Part shown: piece after piece, positions 11,306 through 22,582 of the stretch
How positions within the stretch are numbered: the first letter of the stretch is position 1
How the letters are laid out: each line of letters begins with the position of its first letter
Origin: Candidatus Saccharimonadales bacterium
GTDB taxonomy: Bacteria; Patescibacteriota; Saccharimonadia; Saccharimonadales; UBA4665
Assembly (NCBI GenBank): GCA_035479135.1
Contig: DATIIY010000003.1
Span: 42,302-106,301 of the forward strand
Length of the DNA: 64,000 nucleotides
Direction: 5' to 3'
Program-made: the position numbers and the translations under genes
Notes under the pieces: model-generated
The model's database searches: none
What the model saw: only the letters and a program-made list of their open reading frames with translations
What the model was told of the DNA's origin: nothing

Positions 11306-11754
11306 CAGTCTCCCTTGGATTTCGGTTTGTCCAACTTATCCAATTTAAAAATTTTAACCATCGCATAGATGGCTGCCAATACGAAAATAAAATTAAGAAG
11401 TCCGTAAATGAAAGCACCCCAACCGAATGGCACTGACCGACCGTTTAGGTGCAAAGTAAAATCGCGCTGACTCAAGGCCTGCCCAAACAAAAGTTTGAAC
11501 AACGGATCAATAAAGCTGGCGACAAGTTGAGTTACTAATTTTTGGGCCTGAATACCAATAACAAACGCAATCGCAATACTGACGACTGAATGTTCCCGTA
11601 AAAATTCAACAAAACCGTTTACCGGATGAATTTCCGGCGCCGCAATCATAGTTTTGGACTGATGTTGACGGCTACTTTTAGGTTGTTCAAATCTAATTGT
11701 GGACCCACTATTGAGCGACTGCGAATTAGATGGAGAAGTCTTTCGTTTGGCCAT
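11305..11754 (-). CDS. mscL: large-conductance mechanosensitive channel-like protein
   Basis: 149 aa. An FVEFLRE..VVSIAIAFVIG TM1 and a second TM (FIYGLLNFIFVLAAIYAMVKIF) resemble MscL. The N-terminal 35-aa polar extension means the start is uncertain. Confidence 0.65.
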   Translation of the reverse strand: MAKRKTSPSNSQSLNSGSTIRFEQPKSSRQHQSKTMIAAPEIHPVNGFVEFLREHSVVSIAIAFVIGIQAQKLVTQLVASFIDPLFKLLFGQALSQRDFTLHLNGRSVPFGWGAFIYGLLNFIFVLAAIYAMVKIFKLDKLDKPKSKGD

Positions 11755-11771
11755 TACTTATATTTATTATC

Positions 11772-13466
11772 CTACATCTGCTGGGGCGCCGCAATGCCCA
11801 GCAATTTTAAGCCATTACTTAATGTTGAAGCATAATCACTAACCAACTGCAGCCTAATAGCTTGTCGCGGATCGTTAAGCACCCGGTTTGATTCATAGAA
11901 ATGATTAAAATCCTGGGCTAATTCATACAAGTAAGTGCATATCAAATGAGGCAAAAGTTCAATAACGGCTTTGTCTATAACTTCTACATATTCGGTTATC
12001 TTAAGTGCCAGTGTTCGCTCACCCGGTTCCATAATGCGATCGGTTCCCATTTTACCTGCCATATTTTTAACAACACTGGCTTTTTTGATTATGGAACAGG
12101 CTCGGGCATGGGCGTATTGAAGATATGGACCGCTATTGCCCTCCAGGCTGACGGATTCTTTGGGGTCATAAATTATGTCAGATCCAATTCTGTTCTTTAG
12201 AAATGCGTATCTGACGGCTGCCAGAACAGTTTCAGGCGATTCACGTCCAGGTAAACTTACACTGGCTGATCGAGCAGCTTGTAAGATATCAGTTGCTTTA
12301 AGAATGTTACCCGAACGACTACTCATCTTGCCGCCGCCAGTCATTTTTATCTGGCCATGAGATAAGTGAGTTGTAGCTTCCGCCAATTCCGGTGCAAACT
12401 CTTTGATACTCTGTAAAACTACCGTCAGATGATCTTTTTGGGCATGGTCGGTAATAATAAATGACTGGTCCGGAGAGTAGTCACGCTGTTTCTTAAAAAT
12501 TAAACCGACATCCTTGGCCGCATAGGTTGGCAATTCTTCACTGCTGATAAACACTTGAGTAAATAATCCGTGCTTTTCACCTCTGTAAATTACGGCACCT
12601 TCGGATTTTTCATAAACGCTACCGATATGCTGCCTGACAGTTTCCAGTCCCAAATCCGCAACTTCGCTTTCCGGATAATATTTATCAAACGGCTTCATTT
12701 CGAGTTGTTTATATAGTTGTTCAAAGCCGTCATAACTCCATTGCCGACAAGTCCAATAGATTTTTGCTAGCTGGCTAGCTTGATCATTAGTTTTGTGTAA
12801 TTCATAAATTCTTTGATTAATATAAATAATTTCCGTTTTGGCATTTTCATTTTGTTCATAAGCGGTATTGCCCTTTACATAGTGTTCGCCAACCCAATCC
12901 AGTTTTTTATCATCATGAATTTGCGTTAACTTTTCGGGATGTTCGCCTCCCAGATCGTTTACAATCGACCAGATAGTTTTACCAACGTGTAATCCAACGT
13001 CACCACCGAAGTTAACCCGATTTACAACCCCACCCGCCAGCTCCATTAAATTGGCCAATGCATCTCCGACAAGGCTAGTATACAAATGGCCGCCATGTAA
13101 GACCTTAAATGGATTTGGATCCGAATATTCAGCCACGATTTTTTTACCATTTAAAGATTTGGCAGGTTTGGCTTTGATCATCTCCCAAAGTACCTGATCT
13201 TTTAATTTGATATTAATAAATCCAGGACCGGCAATATTAATTTCACTGATCTGTCGACTCAACGTTTCACGAAGTTTCACGGCTAACGGTTCGGCTATTT
13301 CACGCGGTACTTTGCCTAAATTTTTAGCAAGCTTTAAAGCTACGTTAGTTGCATAATCGCCGAATTGTTCTTCCGGTCGGTCCAAGTCAATTTCAATATT
13401 TCTGGCGGCGTCTCCAAATAATTGTTGGCAGGCCTCCGCGATTTGATTTTCAAGCTCACTTTTCAT
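11772..13466 (-). CDS. argS: arginine--tRNA ligase
   Basis: 564 aa. Class I HIGH-like motif (PFKVLHGGHL), an MSSRSG (KMSKS-like) motif and a C-terminal DALR anticodon-binding region. Confidence 0.95.
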   Translation of the reverse strand: MKSELENQIAEACQQLFGDAARNIEIDLDRPEEQFGDYATNVALKLAKNLGKVPREIAEPLAVKLRETLSRQISEINIAGPGFINIKLKDQVLWEMIKAKPAKSLNGKKIVAEYSDPNPFKVLHGGHLYTSLVGDALANLMELAGGVVNRVNFGGDVGLHVGKTIWSIVNDLGGEHPEKLTQIHDDKKLDWVGEHYVKGNTAYEQNENAKTEIIYINQRIYELHKTNDQASQLAKIYWTCRQWSYDGFEQLYKQLEMKPFDKYYPESEVADLGLETVRQHIGSVYEKSEGAVIYRGEKHGLFTQVFISSEELPTYAAKDVGLIFKKQRDYSPDQSFIITDHAQKDHLTVVLQSIKEFAPELAEATTHLSHGQIKMTGGGKMSSRSGNILKATDILQAARSASVSLPGRESPETVLAAVRYAFLKNRIGSDIIYDPKESVSLEGNSGPYLQYAHARACSIIKKASVVKNMAGKMGTDRIMEPGERTLALKITEYVEVIDKAVIELLPHLICTYLYELAQDFNHFYESNRVLNDPRQAIRLQLVSDYASTLSNGLKLLGIAAPQQM

Positions 13467-13508
13467 TGTCTTACAGTTTACCAGATAAGATGTTAGAAAC
13501 TCTTAAGG

Positions 13509-14795
13509 CTAATGCATAACGGGAATCGCAATAATTTCTTCAGCTTTGGATTCCAGCGCTGAGAATTCTACGCCCCGGCCGAATAAAATCCATTCACCAT
13601 GACGTTTCATAATATCAGCGTGTCGATGATACCAGGAAGCATAGCGGTTTGTAACATGCGACCGCCACATTAACACCGGCCAGTCACTGGTAATTTTGTA
13701 CCACAGGCTTTCACCGATACCTCGGCCCTGTAACTGAGGCGAAACTGCCAATTTGTCCAAATACGGAGTGCCGTCGGATAATTTCGTCACTACTCCGAAA
13801 GCCAAGTGATCAGCTGTGAAATATATTTTCTCAACTGGCTGTTTTTCATAGCCTTCCGGTAATGTACCGTGAAAAGCTTTTTTAATTAGTCTGGTTAAAT
13901 CAGGCATGATTTCACTAAGATTGCTGGTTTCAATGATTTTTGGCCCTTTACCGACAAATGTACCGGCACCCTGATCTGTTAAAAGTTCAATTAACGTATC
14001 GGCAGGCTTCGTGATGGACACTGCGGATCCAATCTCCAGATCATCCAGTATTTGTGCTAGTTCGCGAAGCTTTAAAGCCATGCCGCCACTAACCACACCT
14101 TCACTAATTAAATTATCGACATCACGGATATCCAGTCCACTGATTAACTCCGGTGTCTGGTTGTTCGGAGATGCTTTTAGAACACCTCCGGTCGGAGTTA
14201 AATTGACCATTCGGTGAGGCCTAATCTTAGCTGCCAAGGCTCTGAAAATTGTGTCTGAATTAATATTTAGCGTTTTGCCCGTATCAAAATCGCTGGCTAA
14301 TGAATTCAAGACCAGAATTGAGTGTTGTTTCAATGTTTTAACGATAGTATCTATATCAATTGCTTCAATTTCCGAGCTGCTGTAACCAAATTCAGGTTGG
14401 CGTTTGGCTTTAAATAGTTTAGTCGATGGAATACTAACGGCATCAATACTATTTCGCTTGAAGCTTTCGATAAGTTTCTGGGTAAGTGTATTAAAAGTTG
14501 TCTCTGCCAATTCAAGCGTAAATTGGTCGGTATATCGAATGCCATCTATAAATCGCGGCTTATTGCCGGTCTGCTCGATGACGTGACTAAGCTGCGGACC
14601 ACCGCCATGTATTATCAAAGCATGTATGCCTTGGCCTGCCAGTTCCGATATGGCTTCACCAAGTTCTACCACATCTGCCTCATCTTCCAATATGCTTCCG
14701 CTGACTTTTACAAGTAATTGCTGATGCGGTTCGAAAGAACGCAGGGCTTCCAAATAGCGCTCTGACTGCTTGCTTGGTAAGTCGCTTATTTTCAT
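13509..14795 (-). CDS. argB: bifunctional N-acetylglutamate kinase/synthase-type protein (amino-acid kinase domain + vertebrate-like NAT/DUF619 domain)
   Basis: 428 aa. The N-terminal AAK fold carries LVKVSGSIL and LIIHGGGPQ. The C-terminal stretch YLDKLAVSPQLQGRGIGESLWYKI...LMWRSHVTNRYASWYHRHAD matches the NAGS NAT-domain signature. Confidence 0.85.
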   Translation of the reverse strand: MKISDLPSKQSERYLEALRSFEPHQQLLVKVSGSILEDEADVVELGEAISELAGQGIHALIIHGGGPQLSHVIEQTGNKPRFIDGIRYTDQFTLELAETTFNTLTQKLIESFKRNSIDAVSIPSTKLFKAKRQPEFGYSSSEIEAIDIDTIVKTLKQHSILVLNSLASDFDTGKTLNINSDTIFRALAAKIRPHRMVNLTPTGGVLKASPNNQTPELISGLDIRDVDNLISEGVVSGGMALKLRELAQILDDLEIGSAVSITKPADTLIELLTDQGAGTFVGKGPKIIETSNLSEIMPDLTRLIKKAFHGTLPEGYEKQPVEKIYFTADHLAFGVVTKLSDGTPYLDKLAVSPQLQGRGIGESLWYKITSDWPVLMWRSHVTNRYASWYHRHADIMKRHGEWILFGRGVEFSALESKAEEIIAIPVMH

Positions 14796-15970
14796 AATTT
14801 GGATAGATTTTTTAACACATCGTCCAATATTGATATTGCTGCATTAACTTCTACGGCATTGGTGGTCAGCGGCGGTAAGATGCGTATTACTGTGTTCTGT
14901 GTGGAGTTTACATAAAGCCCTCGATTCAGACATTCATCGGTAATTGGCTTAGACGGCCGATCAAGTTCCAGTCCGATCATTAATCCCTGCTGCCTAATTT
15001 CCTTGATACAAGAATGTCTCGAAGCCAATCCGTTAAGTTTTTCAGACAGCAGTTTTGACATATTGTTTACATTCTCGCGGATAGCGGGATCCAGAATTTG
15101 TTTCAATGTAGCTACAGCCGCGGCTGCCACTAATGGTCCGCCACCGAAGGTACTGCCATGCATACCGGCTTTAACAAGCGATGCAATTTTATCGCTGACA
15201 ATCGTGGCACCAATCGGCAAGCCGCTAGCCAAAGCTTTGGCAGAAGTAATAATGTCAGGCTTAATATCGTAATTCTGATAAGAAAATAATGGCCCCGTTC
15301 GGCCTATTCCCGATTGGACTTCATCGGCTATTAATAAAATATCTTGATCCTGACATATTTGTTTTACGGTCGCAGCGTATTCTGACGTGGCGATATTTAT
15401 ACCACCTTCGCCTTGTACAAACTCAAGCATAATGGCCACCGGATTATATTTAATAGCCGCTTTCAGTGCCACCACATTGTTAAACGGCACATGTATAAAT
15501 CCGGCTAGATGCGGGTCAAACCCATCTTTAATTTTTGTCTGTGCAGTGGCTGCCATTACACCGGCAGTCCGTCCATGAAACGAACCTTCAGCCGTAATAA
15601 TATTGTGCCGCTGGCTGGAGCGGCCATATAATTTTGCAAACTTAATTGCCGCTTCGTTGGCTTCAGCACCACTGTTTCCAAAGAAAATTTTACCTTTAAT
15701 AGAATTTTCAATCAGTAATTTAGCCAGTTGGCCCTGCGGCTTTGTGTAAAACACATTTGGTACATGAATCAGCTGTTTTACTTGATTATTTATTGCCTTA
15801 ACGACTGCCGGCGGTCGATGTCCTAAGTTAGAAACTGACCAACCGGATAAAAAATCAAGATATTTCTGGTCTTTGTCATCATAAATGTAGCTACCTTCCC
15901 CTCTAACTATGGTAATTGGAAATCGCTGATAAGTTGGTAGAACATAATTATCAAACTCTGCCGGTGTCAT
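14792..15970 (-). CDS. argD: acetylornithine aminotransferase
   Basis: 392 aa class III PLP aminotransferase (GNSGAEANEAAIKFA, DEVQSGIGRTG, SAKALASG). Lies inside the arg operon. Confidence 0.9.
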   Translation of the reverse strand: MTPAEFDNYVLPTYQRFPITIVRGEGSYIYDDKDQKYLDFLSGWSVSNLGHRPPAVVKAINNQVKQLIHVPNVFYTKPQGQLAKLLIENSIKGKIFFGNSGAEANEAAIKFAKLYGRSSQRHNIITAEGSFHGRTAGVMAATAQTKIKDGFDPHLAGFIHVPFNNVVALKAAIKYNPVAIMLEFVQGEGGINIATSEYAATVKQICQDQDILLIADEVQSGIGRTGPLFSYQNYDIKPDIITSAKALASGLPIGATIVSDKIASLVKAGMHGSTFGGGPLVAAAAVATLKQILDPAIRENVNNMSKLLSEKLNGLASRHSCIKEIRQQGLMIGLELDRPSKPITDECLNRGLYVNSTQNTVIRILPPLTTNAVEVNAAISILDDVLKNLSKL

Positions 15971-15999
15971 TCGCTTATTTTATCAAACAGCGTGAAAGT

Positions 16000-17142
16000 C
16001 TAGTTGTATTCGACATTTATGTCTACGTAGTCTTTGCTGAGATCGCAAGTGTAGACCGTTGCGTTGGCTTTACCCAGTTGTAAATTAATTATTAGACTAA
16101 GCTCGTCATCTGCTGCTTGTTCAACTTTAATATCCAAAGTATCTTCAGTGATCGGCAGTCCCAACTTACCAACTGCCTGGGCAATCCGGCCCCAGTTGCC
16201 GGATTTGCCATGGGCGGCGGTTTTGACCAATGGTGAGTTGGCTACGGCTAAAGCTATAGTTTTGGCCTGATCGTAATCCTGTGCGTTATTTACATCTACT
16301 TTTAACAGAATATTGGCGCCTTCTCCATCACGTACAATCATTAAAGCCAAATCCAGGCAGACTTGTCTCAAAGTTTCCAGAAAAGTATGGTAATTATCGC
16401 TTTCCTCCGTAATTTGCGGATTTTTGGCTTGTCCGTTGGTTAAGATTGCCAAAGTGTCATTAGTACTGGTTTCACCATCTATGGTAATTGAATTAAAAGT
16501 AGTACGGGCAGCTTCGATTAAAGCTTTGTCTAGCTGATCTTCAGAAATCGATACGTCGCTGGTCAAAAATCCTAGCAAGGTAGCCATATTCGGCTGAATC
16601 ATTCCTGAACCTTTGGAGCAGCCGGCAATGGTTACCATTTGTTCGCCAATTTTACACTGGTATGCCACAGCTTTGACATATGTGTCAGTCGTCATGATTG
16701 ACTGGGCAAAATCATCTTCAGCGGGCTTAGAGCTGGCTTCAAAGGCTTGTTTAATTCCGTATTCGACTTTGGAAATAGGCAGCGGTCGGCCGATGATGCC
16801 GGTAGAAGCTACAATAACCTCGTTTTCGCCTATATTCAGCAGGCCGGCCGCTGCCCGCGCCATTTGCAAGGCGTGATGCCTTCCCTCTTCGCCAGTAAGA
16901 CAGTTTGCGTTGCCACTATTCACTACTACGGCTTGGACTTTGTGATTACTATTATTTTGTTTGCTGAGCTGGACGGGGGCCGCGGCCAGGCTGTTTTGTG
17001 TGAAAATAGCACTGCTTACGGCCGGCGCATCGCTCCACAGCAAGCCCACATCTAATTTGCCGTTGGATTTGATTCCGGCAGCCGCGGCCCCCGCCTTAAA
17101 CCCTTTTGGCGTAAGAATACCACCGTCAATCTTTTGCATCAT
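16000..17142 (-). CDS. argJ: glutamate N-acetyltransferase / ornithine acetyltransferase
   Basis: 380 aa. The autoprocessing site context GMIQPNMATLLGF with nucleophile Thr is typical of ArgJ. Confidence 0.9.
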   Translation of the reverse strand: MMQKIDGGILTPKGFKAGAAAAGIKSNGKLDVGLLWSDAPAVSSAIFTQNSLAAAPVQLSKQNNSNHKVQAVVVNSGNANCLTGEEGRHHALQMARAAAGLLNIGENEVIVASTGIIGRPLPISKVEYGIKQAFEASSKPAEDDFAQSIMTTDTYVKAVAYQCKIGEQMVTIAGCSKGSGMIQPNMATLLGFLTSDVSISEDQLDKALIEAARTTFNSITIDGETSTNDTLAILTNGQAKNPQITEESDNYHTFLETLRQVCLDLALMIVRDGEGANILLKVDVNNAQDYDQAKTIALAVANSPLVKTAAHGKSGNWGRIAQAVGKLGLPITEDTLDIKVEQAADDELSLIINLQLGKANATVYTCDLSKDYVDINVEYN

Positions 17143-18161
17143 TTTAGACCGGTTGTTTCTTCAAGGCCAAACATTATATTGAAATTCTGTACGGCCTGCC
17201 CCGCTGCACCTTTTATAAGATTATCAATGACGCTGGTAATTACTAATAGGTTTTGGTCAGTAGCAGCTGTCAGTTGGATTTGAAGATTATTGGTACCGAC
17301 TACATTTTTTATTGCCAAATCAGCATCACCAGGCAAAACTTTAACAAAAGCTGAATTTTTATAAAATGATTCGAATAACTTCTGCGCATCAGCTTGTATT
17401 AGAGGTGATTCCAAAGATACATAAATTGTGGCAAAGATACCGCGTTCTATCGGTAACAAGTGAGGCACGAATGCCACTTGAATTGGTTTCCCGGCTACTA
17501 ATGCCAGCTGTTCGGTAATTTCAGGGGTGTGCTGATGGGCCAATATTTTATAAGCTTTGAAATTGTCTTTCATTTCAACCATTAATCGTTCAGTTTGCCT
17601 GATTCCGGCGCCGCTAACCCCAGATTTGGCATCAATATATATGGTTTTTATGTGATGATCCAACAGCGGTCTGACTGCTAATATACTGACTGTCGGGTAG
17701 CAACCGGGGTTGGCAACCAACCGGGCATCCTTAATTTGCTCAGAATAAAGTTCAGGTAATCCGTAAACTGCCACGTCAAGCAAATCCGGCGCAGAATGCT
17801 CAGACGCGGCTTTGTACCATTTAACAAATTCCCGCTCCGATGACAGACGAAAATCACCGCTCATATCAATAACTTTGACGTTACGTTTTAAAAGTTCCGG
17901 TGCCAGTTTCATACTAATAGTGTGGGGTGTAGCCAAAAATATAAGATCAGCTTTTGAGGCTTCGTCTAAGTTATAAGTTTGGCATATTAGATTGGTTTTA
18001 CCAGCCAGTTCAGGCCATATTTCTGCTACCGGGCCGGTAGTTTTATTGGCCGAGGCATAAATAACCTCGGTTCCCGGGTGATTCAGCATCAGCTTCAAAA
18101 TTTCACGGCCCGAATAACCTGAAATCCCCACAACTCCTACTTTTATAATCTGTTTGTCCAC
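17139..18161 (-). CDS. argC: N-acetyl-gamma-glutamyl-phosphate reductase
   Basis: 340 aa with a GTG start. NAD-binding VGVVGISGYSG and the catalytic Cys context ANPGCYPT. Confidence 0.9.
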   Translation of the reverse strand: MDKQIIKVGVVGISGYSGREILKLMLNHPGTEVIYASANKTTGPVAEIWPELAGKTNLICQTYNLDEASKADLIFLATPHTISMKLAPELLKRNVKVIDMSGDFRLSSEREFVKWYKAASEHSAPDLLDVAVYGLPELYSEQIKDARLVANPGCYPTVSILAVRPLLDHHIKTIYIDAKSGVSGAGIRQTERLMVEMKDNFKAYKILAHQHTPEITEQLALVAGKPIQVAFVPHLLPIERGIFATIYVSLESPLIQADAQKLFESFYKNSAFVKVLPGDADLAIKNVVGTNNLQIQLTAATDQNLLVITSVIDNLIKGAAGQAVQNFNIMFGLEETTGLK

Positions 18162-18231
18162 TAATAATTACTATATCAGACGAGAACTTTGCCTTGCCCG
18201 GCACCCAAAACAAAGCTACAATAAAGTTTTA

Positions 18232-19299
18232 ATGACGCTTGGAGCACTAGTTCTAAAAGATGGCACAGTCTTCGAGGGTCAAATCTTTGGCGAACAAAAA
18301 CTCATTAGCAGCGGTGAAGTGGTATTCCATACCGGGCTCAGCGGCTATCAGGAAATCCTGACTGATCCCAGTTATGCCGGACAGATTATATCTTTTACTT
18401 ATCCGCATATCGGAAACTACGGCATAAATGAACAGGATAACGAAAGCCGAAAAATATATGCCAGAGGGCTTATCATCAGGGATTTCGATCCGCATTTTAG
18501 TAATTACAGCGCTACCCAATCGCTAGACACTTGGCTTAAAGCTAATGGAATTAGTGGCATTTATGGATTGGATACTCGCAAATTGACTCGTCATATCAGA
18601 GGTCAAGGTGCATTACCAGGAGCTTTTGGAACTGCCGATAAGAATGAATTATTGAAAGCAGCACGCATAGAGGTTGGTACGGCTAATATCGATTTAGTAC
18701 AGACCGTTTCAACTAGCAAAAGATTTCATTTAGGTCGAGGCAAATTAAGAGTTACGGCACTAGATTTTGGTATCAAAGAATCAATCTTGAAGTTTTTATC
18801 CAGTTTCGCAACAGTTACCGTATTGCCCGCTAATGCTACGGCTAAACAGGTTTTGGATTCTCGGCCAAACGGCATTTTTCTGAGCAATGGTCCGGGTGAT
18901 CCTGGAGTAGTCAACTACGCCGTTACTACAATCGGTGAGCTTTTGGGCAAAGCACCGATATTTGGTATCTGTCTCGGTCATCAATTGCTAGCTACAGCCC
19001 TCGGCGGTCAAACGCAAAAAATGCCGTTTGGCCACCACGGCGCCAATCACCCGGTCAAAAATTTGCAAACCAACCGAATTGAAATTACCAGCCAGAATCA
19101 TAGCTTTACTGTTGTGGAGTCCAGTCTGCGTAATGTCACAGTCACTCACAGAAATCTTAATGATCACACAATTGAGGGATTAAAAAGCACCAAATATCCA
19201 GCTTTTAGCGTTCAGTTTCATCCGGAAGCCGGTCCCGGACCGCATGAAACCAGCCACTTGTTCAATGATTTCAAACTCATGATGGAACATTACGCCTAA
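18232..19299 (+). CDS. carA: carbamoyl-phosphate synthase small (glutaminase) subunit
   Basis: The start is trimmed to the ATG giving [16 protein letters not shown], a typical CarA N-terminus (the track ORF begins at 18154). GATase triad context GICLGHQLL and FHPEA. Confidence 0.9.
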   Translation: MTLGALVLKDGTVFEGQIFGEQKLISSGEVVFHTGLSGYQEILTDPSYAGQIISFTYPHIGNYGINEQDNESRKIYARGLIIRDFDPHFSNYSATQSLDTWLKANGISGIYGLDTRKLTRHIRGQGALPGAFGTADKNELLKAARIEVGTANIDLVQTVSTSKRFHLGRGKLRVTALDFGIKESILKFLSSFATVTVLPANATAKQVLDSRPNGIFLSNGPGDPGVVNYAVTTIGELLGKAPIFGICLGHQLLATALGGQTQKMPFGHHGANHPVKNLQTNRIEITSQNHSFTVVESSLRNVTVTHRNLNDHTIEGLKSTKYPAFSVQFHPEAGPGPHETSHLFNDFKLMMEHYA

Positions 19300-22200
19300 T
19301 GCCGAAACGTACCGACATTAAGAGTATCCTTATTATCGGTAGCGGGCCGATCGTAATCGGCCAAGCCTGCGAATTTGATTATTCCGGCACCCAAGCATGC
19401 CGCGCTTTACGAACCGAAGGCTACCGGGTAATTCTGGTTAATTCAAACCCGGCGACAATTATGACTGATCCAGATTTTGCCGATAGTACTTATATAGAGC
19501 CGCTAACAACTGAAGTTCTGGAACGGATTATCATCAAAGAAAAGCCAGATGTTATATTACCTACCCTTGGTGGTCAGACAGCCTTGAATTTAGCAATGGA
19601 GCTTCACCGAAATGGCCTGCTTAAGAAATACAGTGTCGATTTAATCGGCGCCAGTCCGAAGGCCATTGCGACTGCCGAAGATCGTCAACTATTCAAAGAG
19701 GCCATGCAACAAATCGGATTAGCTGTCGCTAAATCAGGAACGGCCCATTCCATATCTCAGGCTAAAAGAATAATTAAAGAAATCGGATTACCGGTAATTA
19801 TTCGGCCAGCTTATATACTCGGTGGCCAAGGCACCGGAATTGCAGAAACTCACGCAGAATTTGAGAAAATCGCCCTAAATGGCCTCGATGCCAGCCCAAT
19901 TAATGAAATATTAATTGAAAAAAGTATTAAAGGCTGGAAAGAATTTGAGCTTGAGGTCATGAGGGATCACAAAGATAACTGCATTATCATCTGCTCAATT
20001 GAAAACGTTGATGCTATGGGCGTTCATACCGGAGATTCGATAACCGTGGCGCCTGCCCAAACATTGACCGATGTTGAATATCAAAAGATGCGCGATTCCG
20101 CTTTTGCTTGTCTTAGACGGGTTGGCGTCGAGACTGGTGGCAGTAATGTTCAGTTCGCAGTGAATCCACAAACCGGCGAACAGGTAATAATTGAAATGAA
20201 CCCTCGCGTGAGTCGAAGCTCGGCACTGGCTTCCAAAGCCACAGGATTTCCAATCGCTAAAATCGCTGCTCTACTGGCAGTCGGCTACACGCTGGATGAA
20301 ATACCCAACGATATTACCAAAAAAACACCGGCCAGTTTTGAACCGGTGATTGATTATGTGGTTACCAAGATTCCGCGCTGGACGTTTGAAAAATTTCCCA
20401 ATACACCAGAGGTTTTAGGTACTCAGATGCAATCTGTCGGTGAAGTTATGGCCATTGGTCGCACCTTCCCCGAAAGTTTGCAAAAAGCGGTTAGAAGTTT
20501 GGAACTTGGCAGATATGGTTTGAACTCTGATCCCAAAGAATCATCGGTTGAAAAATTATCAACTGCGAAATTATTAAAAGCGATCCAGATTCCAACACCA
20601 GGACGTATTTTTCAGGTTGAATCTCTTCTTCGCAGAGGCCATTCGCCCGCAAAACTTAACCGGCTATGTGGATATGATCCGTGGTTTTTATATCAGATTA
20701 GACGTCTTAGTGAAGCCAGATTATACTTTAGTAAATTAAGATTTGATAATCTTAAAAGTCAAGAATTAAAACATATGAAACAGTTAGGATTTTCGGATGT
20801 GCAATTGGGCTATCTATTAAACCAATCAACAGAGAATATCAGGGCCAAACGAATCAAGTTAGGAATATTACCAACCTATAAAACTGTTGACACCTGCGCT
20901 GCCGAATTTGAGGCTGACACGCCTTATTGCTATTCAAGCTGGGAAGATGAAACTGAAACAAAGCGCAGTAAACGTCAAAAAGTTATGATCCTGGGTAGCG
21001 GCCCAAATCGGATCGGACAAGGCATTGAATTTGATTACACCTGTGTTCATGCCAGTTTTGCACTCAAAGAAGCCAACGTGGAAAGTATTATGTACAATTG
21101 CAATCCGGAAACGGTCAGTACCGACTATGATACAAGCGATAAATTATATTTTGAACCAATTACGCTCGAAGACGTTTTAAGTGTAATCGATGTCGAAAAA
21201 CCGGACGGTATTATAGTCAGTTTAGGTGGTCAAACACCGCTAAAACTGGCTAACTTTTTGCCGCAATCATTAATTTTAGGAACTAGCCCGGCTAGCATTG
21301 ATCGTGCTGAAGACCGTGATGCTTGGAACCAACTATGCAAAAGTCTTTATATTCCCCAGCCACCGGGGGGCACAGCTACCAACATAAATCAGGCCAACAA
21401 AATTGCTAGTCAGGTTGGATTTCCGGTATTAATTCGTCCCAGCTACGTGCTTGGTGGCCGGGCCATGCGGATCGTCAATAATCAGTCTGAGCTAAAAGAC
21501 GCCTTCCAAGAATTGGCCGGTGACGGTGCCCTGGCTCGCGAAGGCGGTCTGAGCAGTGAACGGCCGGTATTGCTGGATCATTTCTTAGAGGACGCCATTG
21601 AAGTAGATCTGGACGCTCTGCGTGATCAGACCGGCGCTATCGCCATCGCCGGAATCATGGAACACGTTGAGCACGCCGGCGTACACAGTGGCGATAGCGC
21701 CTGCGCCCTGCCCACCCAAAACTTGTCTCCGCAAACTATCAAAAAACTAAATGAATATGCCCATCAAATCGCTGATGAGCTTCAAGTAATTGGTTTAATA
21801 AACATCCAGTTTGCTGTCCAAGCAAACCAAGTTTTCGTGATTGAAGCCAATCCCAGAGCAAGTCGTACCATTCCGTTTGTGGCAAAGGCGATCGGCGTGC
21901 CGATTGCCAAGATTGCCACTCGAATTATGCTCGGTGAAACTCTGGCCACTCTATCTAAAACTTATGGTTTTAAAATAAATGAACAAAAAATCGAGCGTGC
22001 CAAAAAACCCAAAAAACTTACGGCTGTCAAAGAATCAGTGTTTGCTTTTAACAGATTCATAAATGCAGATACAGTGCTAGGTCCGGAAATGAAAAGCACC
22101 GGTGAAGTGATGGGTCTGGGCAATAATTTCGCAGAAGCTTTTGCTAAATCTCAGACAGCTAGCGGGCTAAAAATTCCGTCAAAAGGTACTATCGTAATAA

Positions 22201-22580
22201 CCTCAGCCGATTTTGCCAAAGCGGCTATTTTACCCGTAACCAGAGATCTACAAGGGCTAGGATTTAAAATAGTTGCCACCAAAGGTACGGCGACGTTTTT
22301 ACAGGACAACAAAATTAAAATCAATCAAACGGTTCCAAAAGTCAGTGAAAACAAAAACCAAAATATAGTTAAATTAATAAGTAGCGGCAAGGTAGAATTA
22401 GTTATCAATATCCCCAACACCGCCCGACATGCCAGCTCCGATGGATATCAAACCAGAAAAGCCGCCCTCGAAAACCATATAGCAATTGTCACCAGCGTGG
22501 CGGCCGCCAAAGCTGTAGTTCAGGCAATTAAAGAGTTCCGCAATAAAAAACAAGTCGTTAGATCGTTGCAATCTCAGTAA
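19299..22580 (+). CDS. carB: carbamoyl-phosphate synthase large subunit
   Basis: 1093 aa. Duplicated ATP-grasp halves ([24 protein letters not shown] and [19 protein letters not shown]) plus an MGS-like C-terminus. ATG overlaps the carA stop. Confidence 0.96.
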   Translation: MPKRTDIKSILIIGSGPIVIGQACEFDYSGTQACRALRTEGYRVILVNSNPATIMTDPDFADSTYIEPLTTEVLERIIIKEKPDVILPTLGGQTALNLAMELHRNGLLKKYSVDLIGASPKAIATAEDRQLFKEAMQQIGLAVAKSGTAHSISQAKRIIKEIGLPVIIRPAYILGGQGTGIAETHAEFEKIALNGLDASPINEILIEKSIKGWKEFELEVMRDHKDNCIIICSIENVDAMGVHTGDSITVAPAQTLTDVEYQKMRDSAFACLRRVGVETGGSNVQFAVNPQTGEQVIIEMNPRVSRSSALASKATGFPIAKIAALLAVGYTLDEIPNDITKKTPASFEPVIDYVVTKIPRWTFEKFPNTPEVLGTQMQSVGEVMAIGRTFPESLQKAVRSLELGRYGLNSDPKESSVEKLSTAKLLKAIQIPTPGRIFQVESLLRRGHSPAKLNRLCGYDPWFLYQIRRLSEARLYFSKLRFDNLKSQELKHMKQLGFSDVQLGYLLNQSTENIRAKRIKLGILPTYKTVDTCAAEFEADTPYCYSSWEDETETKRSKRQKVMILGSGPNRIGQGIEFDYTCVHASFALKEANVESIMYNCNPETVSTDYDTSDKLYFEPITLEDVLSVIDVEKPDGIIVSLGGQTPLKLANFLPQSLILGTSPASIDRAEDRDAWNQLCKSLYIPQPPGGTATNINQANKIASQVGFPVLIRPSYVLGGRAMRIVNNQSELKDAFQELAGDGALAREGGLSSERPVLLDHFLEDAIEVDLDALRDQTGAIAIAGIMEHVEHAGVHSGDSACALPTQNLSPQTIKKLNEYAHQIADELQVIGLINIQFAVQANQVFVIEANPRASRTIPFVAKAIGVPIAKIATRIMLGETLATLSKTYGFKINEQKIERAKKPKKLTAVKESVFAFNRFINADTVLGPEMKSTGEVMGLGNNFAEAFAKSQTASGLKIPSKGTIVITSADFAKAAILPVTRDLQGLGFKIVATKGTATFLQDNKIKINQTVPKVSENKNQNIVKLISSGKVELVINIPNTARHASSDGYQTRKAALENHIAIVTSVAAAKAVVQAIKEFRNKKQVVRSLQSQ

Positions 22581-22582
22581 AC

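Noticed and set aside
18162-18231. ARG-box/ArgR operator in the 70-nt argC-carA divergent spacer
   Set aside because: No palindrome resembling TNTGAATWWWWATTCANW or AhrC boxes is visible, and no argR gene is in the window.
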